A stretch of 64,000 bases of DNA from Rebecca billardiae RCC1528 (Eukaryota; Protista; Haptophyta). Of the stretch, positions 1 to 10,728 are shown piece by piece. A program made the translations under genes and the position numbers. Each line of letters begins with the position of its first letter. Position 1 is the first letter of the stretch. The stretch spans positions 1,116,001-1,180,000 of the forward strand of contig OZ251243.1 in assembly GCA_965240325.2 (NCBI GenBank), given 5' to 3'. The notes below the pieces were generated by a model. It was not told the origin of the DNA and ran no database searches. It saw only the letters and a list, made by a program, of their open reading frames with translations.

Positions 1-871
1 TGCACCTGCCCGCCGCGCGGCCGGACGCGCTGCCGGCGGTCGCGCCGCCCACCAAGCCCGCCACCGGCGGGCGCACGCCGGACCCCGCTCAGAACTTCCC
101 GCCCGGCTTTCGCGTCCTGCACGTCGAGGTGAGCGCGGCGTGCGCGCAGCGCGCGCGGCACGCAGCGCGCCCGGCTCGGCAGAAGAGCTCGCGGTAAGGT
201 GCTCGCGCGGACGCCGCGCTGATGCGATGGCGCCGCGCCCGCCCGCCGCGCGCCCGCCCGCAGGACGACAGGGTGCTGCGGCACACGCTCGCGCTGCGCA
301 TCTTCAAGAGGCTCGGCGTGGCGCACGAGGCGGTGGAGGACGGCGCGCGCGCGCTCGAGCTCGTGGGCGCGCGCGGCCTGCGCCACTTCGCCCTGGTGCT
401 CATGGACAATCAGATGCCAAACATGGGCGGCGAGGCGGCGACGCGCGCGCTGCGGCGCATGGGCTACGAGGGCGTCATCGTGGGAATGACAGGTGCGCGC
501 GGGCGCAGCGGCCGCTGAGCGTCGCGCGCGCGCGGCGCCGAGCGCGAGGCGCGGCGCCGCCGCCCTCCGTCCCGTCTGCGCCACACGGCGGCTGCTGAGG
601 GAGCGCTGCTGCGCGCTGTGCGGTGCGCATCGTGCGCGCTGACGATGTGCCGCCCGCGCGCCCCGGCTGCGGCGGCGCAGGCGACCCGCGCGGCTCGGAC
701 GACCGCGACGAGTTTGAGAGCGCCGGGCTGAACGAGTGCCTGGACAAGGACGGGGCGGGCGTCGAGCGCGTGAAGCAGCTGATACTCGAGCTCGGCTCGC
801 GGCACTCGGCTGTCGCCACGGACTCGGAACCAGAGGTGGACGTCGAGCCGCCGTCTACTACGACAGTCTGA
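1..871 (+). CDS. Response-regulator receiver domain, 3' part of a gene (probably a hybrid histidine kinase); exons <1-128, 264-492, 681-871
   Basis: Removing GT-AG introns 129-263 and 493-680 gives FRVLHVE|DDRVLR...LVLMDNQMPNMGG...IVGMTG|DPRGSDDRDEFESAGLNECLDK. This has the receiver acidic pair, the phospho-Asp (MD-x-x-MP), and the conserved Thr and Lys. The 5' part lies outside the window. Confidence 0.85.
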
Positions 872-1116
872 CGAGTCCACTCGGACGACTGGCGATGTGT
901 ATGACGGCTTCGGACGACGAGTCGTCCGGTGGCGTACTAGTCGTCGTCGCGGAAGCGTCAGCGTGTGTGGACGGAGTGAGTCCCGGAGTCGCGTGTCGTA
1001 CTACGGCCCGCGGTGATGTGATCTGATGAGTGAGTGATGACTGTCAGAGCGGTGAGGCGTGACGACGTACGTGCCGCCGCGCCATATTATCGCGTACGAC
1101 GACAGATGATTATATA

Positions 1117-1920
1117 CAGGGGTCTCCGAACAATTATTAGCTGTATCAGTATCACACTCATCTGTTTGTGCCACTGGACAGGCATGTGAGCTGACTTGAT
1201 TGCCTGGCTAGATGTGGTCTAGCACAGCCCACTCCCTGGCCATTCTGACGAGTGGGTGGCTGCTTGGCCAGCTCCCCATGCTGGGCTGTGGTGCCATCCA
1301 GAGTGCGCATGTGCAGCAGCCCAGGTGGGTGCAGCGAGGGGTGCTGCAGGCAGCAGTGGGTGCGGTCAGCTTGAAAATCCATGCAGGCCAGCCACCAGCA
1401 GCTAGGCTGCAGAGCTCTTGGCTGCACCAGCCCCACTCCAGCCCCCTCAAGTCGGGTGGCTGGCCACCCTCTGGGTGTGTCAGCGGGTGCTGCTGCTGGC
1501 CTCCCAGTGCAGGGGAGCTGACCCGACACGGGTCCTTGCGCAGGTGGGGGTGCGGGATTGGGCACTGTGCCACTGCAGCTGCATCCCATGAGCTCCCCCC
1601 CAGGTGGCATGCAGCCCTCCCTAGGGGGTACCAGATCCACTGCCAAGCACAATTTAGGCCTGGTCTGTGTGGGCACACTGCCCGCGACCAGTGACGACAA
1701 GCCTGCGGCAGGATCTGGCCAGCTGCGACAGGCTGTACGCCTGCAGCCGTGTGACCTGCTGGTGTGCCCAACTCCAGCCCACGCGCGCTGGGGCTGACGC
1801 GCTGGGTCGAAACCGTCGTGCACGGGCCGTGGGGGCCGCCTGGATCAGCCCAGGGGAGCAGGGTGAGCAGTGGCGTGCAGCTCAGTCAGAATATGTGACG
1901 TTTAATTGTTGAGACCCCTG
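1117..1920. mobile_element. Non-autonomous TIR DNA element (Tc1/mariner-type, TA target)
   Basis: Left end CAGGGGTCTCCGAACAATTA matches the reverse complement of the right end, CAGGGGTCTCAACAATTA. TA(TA) flanks both sides. No transposase ORF; interior is CpG-poor. Confidence 0.8.
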
Positions 1921-2043
1921 TATACGACTACTCGGCTACATCACGGTGCTGAGTCTGATATGATGACGCGACGTATTAATACATATATATATATATTAAT
2001 AATGACGACCTACGACGACGACTTATATATATAATTATTCTTG

Positions 2044-5000
2044 TCAAATGAGCGCCGCGCCGGCCGCTGTGCCGCCCCACGGCCGCCTCGGTCCGACGAT
2101 GCCGCGCAGGCAGCACGCGCTCGCGCCCGCGGCGACGGGCGCGCACGTGGCGAGCGCGAGCGCTGCCCACAGCCACAGCCGGGCGTGCTGCGCCGCGTCC
2201 GCCACCACGCGCGCGGCCGCGTCCACCGCCGCGCGCTCGGCCGCGGCGGCGCTGCCCACGCCGGACGTCCCACTGAGCACCAGATGGTGGCGGTGCTCGG
2301 CGGGGCCAGGCGGCTCGCCCGTCGCGGAGGCGAGCGCGCTGGCCAGCGAGAGCAGGAGCGCGCAGGTGGCGAGGGCGACGAGCGCCGCGGCGGGCGCCAC
2401 GACCGCCGCCGCCGGCGCGGGCAGCAGCGGCGGCGGCGGCTTGGCCCGGAGCAGGCTCGCGCCCGTCTCGGCGGCGGCGAGCGCAAGTGCACACGCCAGC
2501 ACACCGACGCAGAGGGCGAGCGCCGCCGCGTGCACCGCGGGCTCGGCGCAGCTCGTGAGCGCGACCAGCACCTCCGCGCCCGCGAACAGGGCGAACGCGC
2601 GCGCCACGCCGAACCGCAGCAGCGCGCGGCGCGCGCTCGGCGCCACAGGCCGCCACGCGGCGGCGGCGTGCGCGGGCGTGAGGTGCGGCTCCGCGGCGGC
2701 GGCGGCGGCGGCGCCGCTGCCGCTGGAGCCCTGCGCGCCGGACTCGAGGTGCAGAATCCGGCCGAGCCCCGAGCCCTCCGCGCCGCACGTGCCACAGAGC
2801 GGAGGCGCGTGCGCACGGCGCAGCGGCTGCCCGTGCGCCTCCTCCTCGCTCGGCACCGAGGCGTCGGCGTCGGCGTCGGCATCGGCGTCGGCGCCGCCGC
2901 GCGCGCCGCCGGCGTCGGCGCGCGCCTCGTGTGCGCCGCGCGACGGCTCGTGCTCCGGCACCGGGCTGGCGGGCACGAACGGCGCGGGCGCGCGCGGACG
3001 GTGCGCCGCTGCTGCCGCCGCCGTGGGCTCCACAGGGATGCCCGCCGCCGGCGCCGCGCACTCGGGGCACGGCGTGCGCCGCGCGCCGTCCGCGCCGGGC
3101 CGGCGGCCCAGCCAGCGCGTCCAGCGGACCCGGACTCGCCGAGCATGCACGGCGGCAGCGTCATCAGCGCGCCGTGCGGCCGGCGCGGCGCGCGCGTGCG
3201 CGCCGTCCGCGCACGCCACCGCCGGCGCGCTCGGCGAGCGGCGCGCGAGACTGGGCCGCGCGTCGGCAGAGCCCGCCGGCGCGGGCGGCGGGTGGCGCGC
3301 GTGGTGCTGCGCGTCGTGACGCGGGGCCGCCGCCTCCGCCGCCTCCGCCTCGGGCCGCCGCCCGGACCACCCGGACTGCGCGGAAGTCCGGACCGCCGCC
3401 TCCTCCGCCTCGAGCCGTGCCGACCAGAACGCGGCGAAGATGACGTGTGCGATGTCGACGAGCGGCGCGGGGCGCGCGCGCGCGCGGCCCGGCCACGCGC
3501 GCGCCCAGCGCCAGCACCACCGCGCGCCCCTCCGCCCGAGCAGCGCCCGCCGCATCCGCGCCGCGGCGGACGTGCGGTCGTGCTCGCGCGCACACAGCGC
3601 CACCAGCCTGTCAGCCACAGCCACCGCCATCGGCACCGCCGCCATCGGCGCAGCCGCCGCACCCGTCGAGCGGCGCGTCGAGCCACGACGCGCCCCGCGC
3701 GCTAATCGGCAGCGGGATGTATGTCCGCCCCTCCCACTACCCGGGAATCGTCGTGGGCTCGCCCGTCGCGGAGGGCGCGCACGCGCAGTGCGGCCGCGCG
3801 CGCCGGCGCTAGGCGGTGGAGTGCGCCGGCGGCGGGGCGGCGACGCGCGGCGCTCGCGCCCTGCGATGCACCCACGCCGCCGCCCGAGGCGGCCTCAGCG
3901 GCCGCGCGCGCTCGCTCGCGTTGCTGCGCGACGTCGTCCTTCCGCCGCCATCGTGGTCGTCGCCGCCGCTCGCCTCCGCCGAAAGTCCGGGCGCACGACG
4001 CCGAACGACTGCGAGAAAGTTCCCCGATATGGGTGATAAGTGAGCCTTGGCTGGCGTCAGCCAGATCATACGGCCCTCGGTCGGACATGATCATATGGCA
4101 TTCAGGCTTTTCCCTCTGAATCCCAGCCCTACAGAAAGGTGGCTGTAGTACTACTGTCAACTTCTTCTGACCGCCTATGAAATCAGTGGCGGAAAGCCTG
4201 AATCAGTGGGTCCTTTGGGCAGCGATGCCTGTTCAGTTTGTTCTCATGGCGTATCAGGCGAACGTTCGCTTGGCAGCGATGCCGATTGAGTTTATTATTC
4301 TCATTGCGTACAGTATCGGCAGCAGTATTGATGAGCCTGTTATTGAGCCATCATTGGATGCGCTCGATGACGCGACCGGATTATTGGGTCGTCACACGGC
4401 GCACCACGTCCACGGCCGCCTCGGTCCGACGATGCCGCGCAGGCAGCACGCGCTCGCGCCCGCGGCGACGGGCGCGCACGTGGCGAGCGCGAGCGCTGCC
4501 CACAGCCACAGCCGGGCGTGCTGCGCCGCGTCCGCCACCACGCGCGCGGCCGCGTCCACCGCCGCGCGCTCGGCCGCGGCGGCGCTGCCCACGCCGGACG
4601 TCCCACTGAGCACCAGATGGTGGCGGTGCTCGGCGGGGCCAGGCGGCTCGCCCGTCGCGGAGGCGAGCGCGCTGGCCAGCGAGAGCAGGAGCGCGCAGGT
4701 GGCGAGGGCGACGAGCGCCGCGGCGGGCGCCACGACCGCCGCCGCCGGCGCGGGCAGCAGCGGCGGCGGCGGCTTGGCCCGGAGCAGGCTCGCGCCCGTC
4801 TCGGCGGCGGCGAGCGCAAGTGCACACGCCAGCACACCGACGCAGAGGGCGAGCGCCGCCGCGTGCACCGCGGGCTCGGCGCAGCTCGTGAGCGCGACCA
4901 GCACCTCCGCGCCCGCGAACAGGGCGAACGCGCGCGCCACGCCGAACCGCAGCAGCGCGCGGCGCGCGCTCGGCGCCACAGGCCGCCACGCGGCGGCGGC

Positions 5001-7182
5001 GTGCGCGGGCGTGAGGTGCGGCTCCGCGGCGGCGGCGGCGGCGCCGCTGGAGCCCTGCGCGCCGGACTCGAGGTGCAGAGTCCGGCCGAGCCCCGAGCCC
5101 TCCGCGCCGCACGTGCCACAGAGCGGAGGCGCGTGCGCACGGCGCAGCGGCTGCCCGTGCGCCTCCTCCTCGCTCGGCACCGAGGCGTCGGCGTCGGCGT
5201 CGGCATCGGCGTCGGCGCCGCCGCGCGCGCCGCCGGCGTCGGCGCGCGCCTCGTGTGCGCCGCGCGACGGCTCGTGCTCCGGCACCGGGCTGGCGGGCAC
5301 GAACGGCGCGGGCGCGCGCGGACGGTGCGCCGCTGCTGCCGCCGCCGTGGGCTCCACAGGGATGCCCGCCGCCGGCGCCGCGCACTCGGGGCACGGCGTG
5401 CGCCGCGCGCCGTCCGCGCCGGGCCGGCGGCCCAGCCAGCGCGTCCAGCGCGCCTGCTGCCGCGGCCGCGGCTGGCGGGGCGCCGGCGCGGCGCGCGCGT
5501 GCGCGCCGTCCGCGCACGCCACCGCCGGCGCGCTCGGCGAGCGGCGCGCGAGACTGGGCCGCGCGTCGGCAGAGCCCGCCGGCGCGGGCGGCGGGTGGCG
5601 CGCGTGGTGCTGCGCGTCGTGACGCGGGGCCGCCGCCTCCGCCGCCTCCGCCTCGGGCCGCCGCCCGGACCACCCGGACTGCGCGGAAGTCCGGACCGCC
5701 GCCTCCTCCGCCTCGAGCCGTGCCGACCAGAACGCGGCGAAGATGACGTGTGCGATGTCGACGAGCGGCGCGGGGCGCGCGCGCGCGCGGCCCGGCCACG
5801 CGCGCGCCCAGCGCCAGCACCACCGCGCGCCCCTCCGCCCGAGCAGCGCCCGCCGCATCCGCGCCGCGGCGGACGTGCGGTCGTGCTCGCGCGCACACAG
5901 CGCCACCAGCCTGTCAGCCACAGCCACCGCCATCGGCACCGCCGCCATCGGCGCAGCCGCCGCACCCGTCGAGCGGCGCGTCGAGCCACGACGCGCCCCG
6001 CGCGCTAATCGGCAGCGGGATGTATGTCCGCCCCTCCCACTACCCGGGAATCGTCGTGGGCTCGCCCGTCGCGGAGGGCGCGCACGCGCAGTGCGGCCGC
6101 GCGCGCCGGCGCTAGGCGGTGGAGTGCGCCGGCGGCGGGGCGGCGACGCGCGGCGCTCGCGCCCTGCGATGCACCCACGCCGCCGCCCGAGGCGGCCTCA
6201 GCGGCCGCGCGCGCTCGCTCGCGTTGCTGCGCGACGTCGTCCTTCCGCCGCCATCGTGGTCGTCGCCGCCGCTCGCCTCCGCCGAAAGTCCGGGCGCACG
6301 ACGCCGAACGACTGCGAGAAAGTTCCCCGATATGGGTGATAAGTGAGCCTTGGCTGGCGTCAGCCAGAGCGCCACCAGCCTGTCAGCCACAGCCACCGCC
6401 ATCGGCACCGCCGCCATCGGCGCAGCCGCCGCACCCGTCGAGCGGCGCGTCGAGCCACGACGCGCCCCGCGCGCTAATCGGCAGCGGGATGTATGTCCGC
6501 CCCTCCCACTACCCGGGAATCGTCGTGGGCTCGCCCGTCGCGGAGGGCGCGCACGCGCAGTGCGGCCGCGCGCGCCGGCGCTAGGCGGTGGAGTGCGCCG
6601 GCGGCGGGGCGGCGACGCGCGGCGCTCGCGCCCTGCGATGCACCCACGCCGCCGCCCGAGGCGGCCTCAGCGGCCGCGCGCGCTCGCTCGCGTTGCTGCG
6701 CGACGTCGTCCTTCCGCCGCCATCGTGGTCGTCGCCGCCGCTCGCCTCCGCCGAAAGTCCGGGCGCACGACGCCGAACGACTGCGAGAAAGTTCCCCGAT
6801 ATGGGTGATAAGTGAGCCTTGGCTGGCGTCAGCCAGATCATACGGCCCTCGGTCGGACATGATCATATGGCATTCAGGCTTTTCCCTCTGAATCCCAGCC
6901 CTACAGAAAGGTGGCTGTAGTACTACTGTCAACTTCTTCTGACCGCCTATGAAATCAGTGGCGGAAAGCCTGAATCAGTGGGTCCTTTGGGCAGCGATGC
7001 CTGTTCAGTTTGTTCTCATGGCGTATCAGGCGAACGTTCGCTTGGCAGCGATGCCGATTGAGTTTATTATTCTCATTGCGTACAGTATCGGCAGCAGTAT
7101 TGATGAGCCTGTTATTGAGCCATCATTGGATGCGCTCGATGACGCGACCGGATTATTGGGTCGTCACACGGCGCACCACGTC
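2044..7182. repeat. Complex tandem array of rearranged partial copies of the downstream HET-like gene plus two foreign segments
   Basis: Near-identical blocks start at 2077, 4410 and 7182. Segment B (3721-4074) occurs three times (also 6024 and 6493). Segment C (about 4075-4409) occurs twice, 2772 bp apart. There is a 469-bp internal tandem duplication at about 5898-6836. Confidence 0.9.
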
Positions 7183-10100
7183 CACGGCCGCCTCGGTCCG
7201 ACGATGCCGCGCAGGCAGCACGCGCTCGCGCCCGCGGCGACGGGCGCGCACGTGGCGAGCGCGAGCGCTGCCCACAGCCACAGCCGGGCGTGCTGCGCCG
7301 CGTCCGCCACCACGCGCGCGGCCGCGTCCACCGCCGCGCGCTCGGCCGCGGCGGCGCTGCCCACGCCGGACGTCCCACTGAGCACCAGATGGTGGCGGTG
7401 CTCGGCGGGGCCAGGCGGCTCGCCCGTCGCGGAGGCGAGCGCGCTGGCCAGCGAGAGCAGGAGCGCGCAGGTGGCGAGGGCGACGAGCGCCGCGGCGGGC
7501 GCCACGACCGCCGCCGCCGGCGCGGGCAGCAGCGGCGGCGGCGGCTTGGCCCGGAGCAGGCTCGCGCCCGTCTCGGCGGCGGCGAGCGCAAGTGCACACG
7601 CCAGCACACCGACGCAGAGGGCGAGCGCCGCCGCGTGCACCGCGGGCTCGGCGCAGCTCGTGAGCGCGACCAGCACCTCCGCGCCCGCGAACAGGGCGAA
7701 CGCGCGCGCCACGCCGAACCGCAGCAGCGCGCGGCGCGCGCTCGGCGCCACAGGCCGCCACGCGGCGGCGGCGTGCGCGGGCGTGAGGTGCGGCTCCGCG
7801 GCGGCGGCGGCGGCGCCGCTGGAGCCCTGCGCGCCGGACTCGAGGTGCAGAGTCCGGCCGAGCCCCGAGCCCTCCGCGCCGCACGTGCCACAGAGCGGAG
7901 GCGCGTGCGCACGGCGCAGCGGCTGCCCGTGCGCCTCCTCCTCGCTCGGCACCGAGGCGTCGGCGTCGGCGTCGGCATCGGCGTCGGCGCCGCCGCGCGC
8001 GCCGCCGGCGTCGGCGCGCGCCTCGTGTGCGCCGTGCGACGGCTCGTGCTCCGGCACCGGGCTGGCGGGCACGAACGGCGCGGGCGCGCGCGGACGGTGC
8101 GCCGCTGCTGCCGCCGCCGTGGGCTCCACAGGGATGCCCGCCGCCGGCGCCGCGCACTCGGGGCACGGCGTGCGCCGCGCGCCATCCGCGCCCGGCCGCC
8201 GGCCCAGCCAGCGCGCCTGCTGCCGCGGCCTCCGCCCCAGGACTGCCCGCCGCGCCGCAGCCTGCTCCGCGCCCGGACGGCGCCGGAGGTTGGGCAGCGA
8301 GATGCTGCGCGTGGCGCGCACCGGCTCCGGGCGGGCCCCCGCGCCAGCGCCACCGCACCGCGGCTGCTCCCTGCCGGCGCAGCCCGCGGCGCGGGAGTCC
8401 GGGAGCAGCCCGGACCCGGACTCGCCGAGCATGCACGGCGGCAGCGTCATCAGCGCGCCGTGCGGCGCCTGCAGGTGCGGCGCTGGGAGCAGCACGCACC
8501 GCCAGCCAAGCGCGCGCAGCTGCCGCAGCGAGAGGGCAGGCCGCTCCGCGTCGGCGCCGCAGCACGCGCACGCGCCCCGCTCGGCCCCGCCCCGCGCCCC
8601 CGCGCCTCGGCGCACCGAGCCGCGCGGCGAGCTGACAGGTGTCAGACCGCATGCGCCAAACTCGCCGCCGCCCCCGCCGCCGAGGCCACAGCCACCGCCA
8701 TCGGCACCGCCGCCATCGGCGCAGCCGCCGCACCCGTCGAGCGGCGCGTCGAGCCACGACGCGCCCCGCGCGCTAATCGGCAGCGGGATGTGGCGGCTCT
8801 CGAGCCACTCGCGCGGCGAGGCGAGCCCAGCGAGATGCGGCTGGCGGGGCGCCGGCGCGGCGCGCGCGTGCGCGCCGTCCGCGCACGCCACCGCCGGCGC
8901 GCTCGGCGAGCGGCGCGCGAGACTGGGCCGCGCGTCGGCAGAGCCCGCCGGCGCGGGCGGCGGGTGGCGCGCGTGGTGCTGCGCGTCGTGACGCGGGGCC
9001 GCCGCCTCCGCCGCCTCCGCCTCGGGCCGCCGCCCGGACCACCCGGACTGCGCGGAAGTCCGGACCGCCGCCTCCTCCGCCTCGAGCCGTGCCGACCAGA
9101 ACGCGGCGAAGATGACGTGTGCGATGTCGACGCGCGGCGCGGGGCGCGCGCGCGCGCGGCCCGGCCACGCGCGCGCCCAGCGCCAGCACCACCGCGCGCC
9201 CCTCCGCCCGAGCAGCGCCCGCCGCATCCGCGCCGCGGCGGACGTGCGGTCGTGCTCGCGCGCACACAGCGCCACCAGCCTGTCAGCCAGCTCCTTCACT
9301 GTGACCACGTCCAGTCGGTCGTGACACGGGAGCGAGGGCAGGCCTGCGTGCAGTGCGGCGATGGCGTCGAGGCTCTCCGCCTTTGACGGCTGCGAGGCCA
9401 TCGCGCGCAGCACGCGCGCGCCGTGCCGCGCCCACAGCACCTGCTGCCGGAGCAGCGAGCGCGCGCTTACCCACATGCAAGTCACCGCGACTATTGAGAG
9501 CAGGGCCAATAGGAGCGGCTGGCGGCACGCGGCCGCCGGCCGGGCGGCGGCGCGCCAGGTGTGCGCGCAGAGCAGGCCGATGAGGGCGTAGTACGCGCTG
9601 TTCACCGCGCACAGCTCGCCCACCGGCAGCTCCTCCGCCGCCGCCGCCGCCTCCGCCTCCGCCTCCGCCCCCGCCTCCGCCTCCGCCCGCGCCGCCGCCG
9701 CCAGCGCCGCGCTCGCCGCATCCCTCCTGGTACGCGGCAGCGGCGCGCACAGCCATGGGCGCAGCGGCGGCGGCAGCGCCGAGGCGCCGAGGCGGCCGAG
9801 CCTGCCCGGGGCGACGCGGTCCCACGGGCACGCCGGCGCGAGCGAGCCGAGCGCCGCCAGCCGGCGCTGCGCACCGGACAGTCCGGGGCCCGCCGTCTCG
9901 ACCGGCAGCGAGCGCGAGACGCACGCGAGCGTTTCCAACGTCGGCCACAGCCGGAACGGGTACGCGCCGAAGGGGACGTCGGAGCGCGCGCGGGGGAGCC
10001 AGACGACGCCGGCCATCTGCGTGATCACCTCGCTCAGCGTGTCCACGAAGAGCCCGTGGTCGTACGCGCCCACCTTCACGCGGAAGCAGAAGACGTCGAC

Positions 10101-10496
10101 CCAGAGGCCGATCACGCCGAGCCGAGCCGCCGCGTCCGCGACGTGGCGCAGGCCGTCGCCGTCCATCGTGTGCGGGTCGCGGCGCGGGCGGCGCTCCTGG
10201 CGGTAGCTCACCAGCGCGAACGCCACGCGGTCGTGCCGCACGCTCGTCGGCAGCAGCAGCTCGTCCGTCGTCGCGAGCGCGCGCAGCACGCGCTCCGCCG
10301 GCTCGCGCGCGAGCGCATCGCGCAGCTTCTGGACGGAGACGAGCTCGAGCGCGACGGAGTCGAGCCCGCGCTCGAGATCGGGCGCGCGCTCGCGCCACGT
10401 GAGCACCGCGTCGTCCACCGCCCACGGGAAGAGCTCCTCGTCGTCGACGTCGGCGCCGCGCATCGGTGCATGCGCGTCGGTTTGCGACGACTTCAC
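7164..10496 (-). CDS. Multi-pass membrane protein with N-terminal HET-like domain; the present C-terminus is a chimeric junction
   Basis: 1110-aa ORF (first ATG at 10463). Motifs FALVSYRQ, LWVDVFC, VVWLP and YPFRLWPTLE resemble the HET (PF06985) pattern ALSY / LWIDxxC / VxxWL / RxWxxxE. Hydrophobic helices follow. The likely native C-terminus (PWGGTAAGAALI*) is at 2044-2080. Confidence 0.6.
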   Translation of the reverse strand: MKSSQTDAHAPMRGADVDDEELFPWAVDDAVLTWRERAPDLERGLDSVALELVSVQKLRDALAREPAERVLRALATTDELLLPTSVRHDRVAFALVSYRQERRPRRDPHTMDGDGLRHVADAAARLGVIGLWVDVFCFRVKVGAYDHGLFVDTLSEVITQMAGVVWLPRARSDVPFGAYPFRLWPTLETLACVSRSLPVETAGPGLSGAQRRLAALGSLAPACPWDRVAPGRLGRLGASALPPPLRPWLCAPLPRTRRDAASAALAAAARAEAEAGAEAEAEAAAAAEELPVGELCAVNSAYYALIGLLCAHTWRAAARPAAACRQPLLLALLSIVAVTCMWVSARSLLRQQVLWARHGARVLRAMASQPSKAESLDAIAALHAGLPSLPCHDRLDVVTVKELADRLVALCAREHDRTSAAARMRRALLGRRGARWCWRWARAWPGRARARPAPRVDIAHVIFAAFWSARLEAEEAAVRTSAQSGWSGRRPEAEAAEAAAPRHDAQHHARHPPPAPAGSADARPSLARRSPSAPAVACADGAHARAAPAPRQPHLAGLASPREWLESRHIPLPISARGASWLDAPLDGCGGCADGGGADGGGCGLGGGGGGEFGACGLTPVSSPRGSVRRGAGARGGAERGACACCGADAERPALSLRQLRALGWRCVLLPAPHLQAPHGALMTLPPCMLGESGSGLLPDSRAAGCAGREQPRCGGAGAGARPEPVRATRSISLPNLRRRPGAEQAAARRAVLGRRPRQQARWLGRRPGADGARRTPCPECAAPAAGIPVEPTAAAAAAHRPRAPAPFVPASPVPEHEPSHGAHEARADAGGARGGADADADADADASVPSEEEAHGQPLRRAHAPPLCGTCGAEGSGLGRTLHLESGAQGSSGAAAAAAEPHLTPAHAAAAWRPVAPSARRALLRFGVARAFALFAGAEVLVALTSCAEPAVHAAALALCVGVLACALALAAAETGASLLRAKPPPPLLPAPAAAVVAPAAALVALATCALLLSLASALASATGEPPGPAEHRHHLVLSGTSGVGSAAAAERAAVDAAARVVADAAQHARLWLWAALALATCAPVAAGASACCLRGIVGPRRPWTWCAV

Positions 10497-10728
10497 AGCT
10501 GGGTCCGAAGGCGGCCGTGATCACAGGGCATCATCGCTTCCGTCACAGCGAGGACTGGTCCACTGAATCCGGGACCTTGGCGCCGGACTTCACACCACTG
10601 CTGCCAGGGCCGCGCGATCTCGCCTCAATCTCAAATTCAAGATCGTGTCCGGCCCAAAGCTGCACACGTCCGGCGCAGCTTTTCGGCGTGCTGCCCGCCG
10701 AACACTGCGCGGTGGAACGGGCGGCGAC

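Noticed and set aside
1-871. Bacterial two-component gene or contamination
   Set aside because: The receiver domain is split by two canonical spliceosomal introns.
1117-1920. hAT assignment from the CAGGGG termini
   Set aside because: The flanks (ATTATATA and TATACGAC) show no 8-bp TSD. A TA duplication fits Tc1/mariner-type elements better.
2044-7182. Helitron or CRISPR-like explanation for the tandem array
   Set aside because: There is no repeat-spacer periodicity, no convincing hairpin-CTRR 3' end and no Rep/helicase. The junctions are microhomologies within a host gene.
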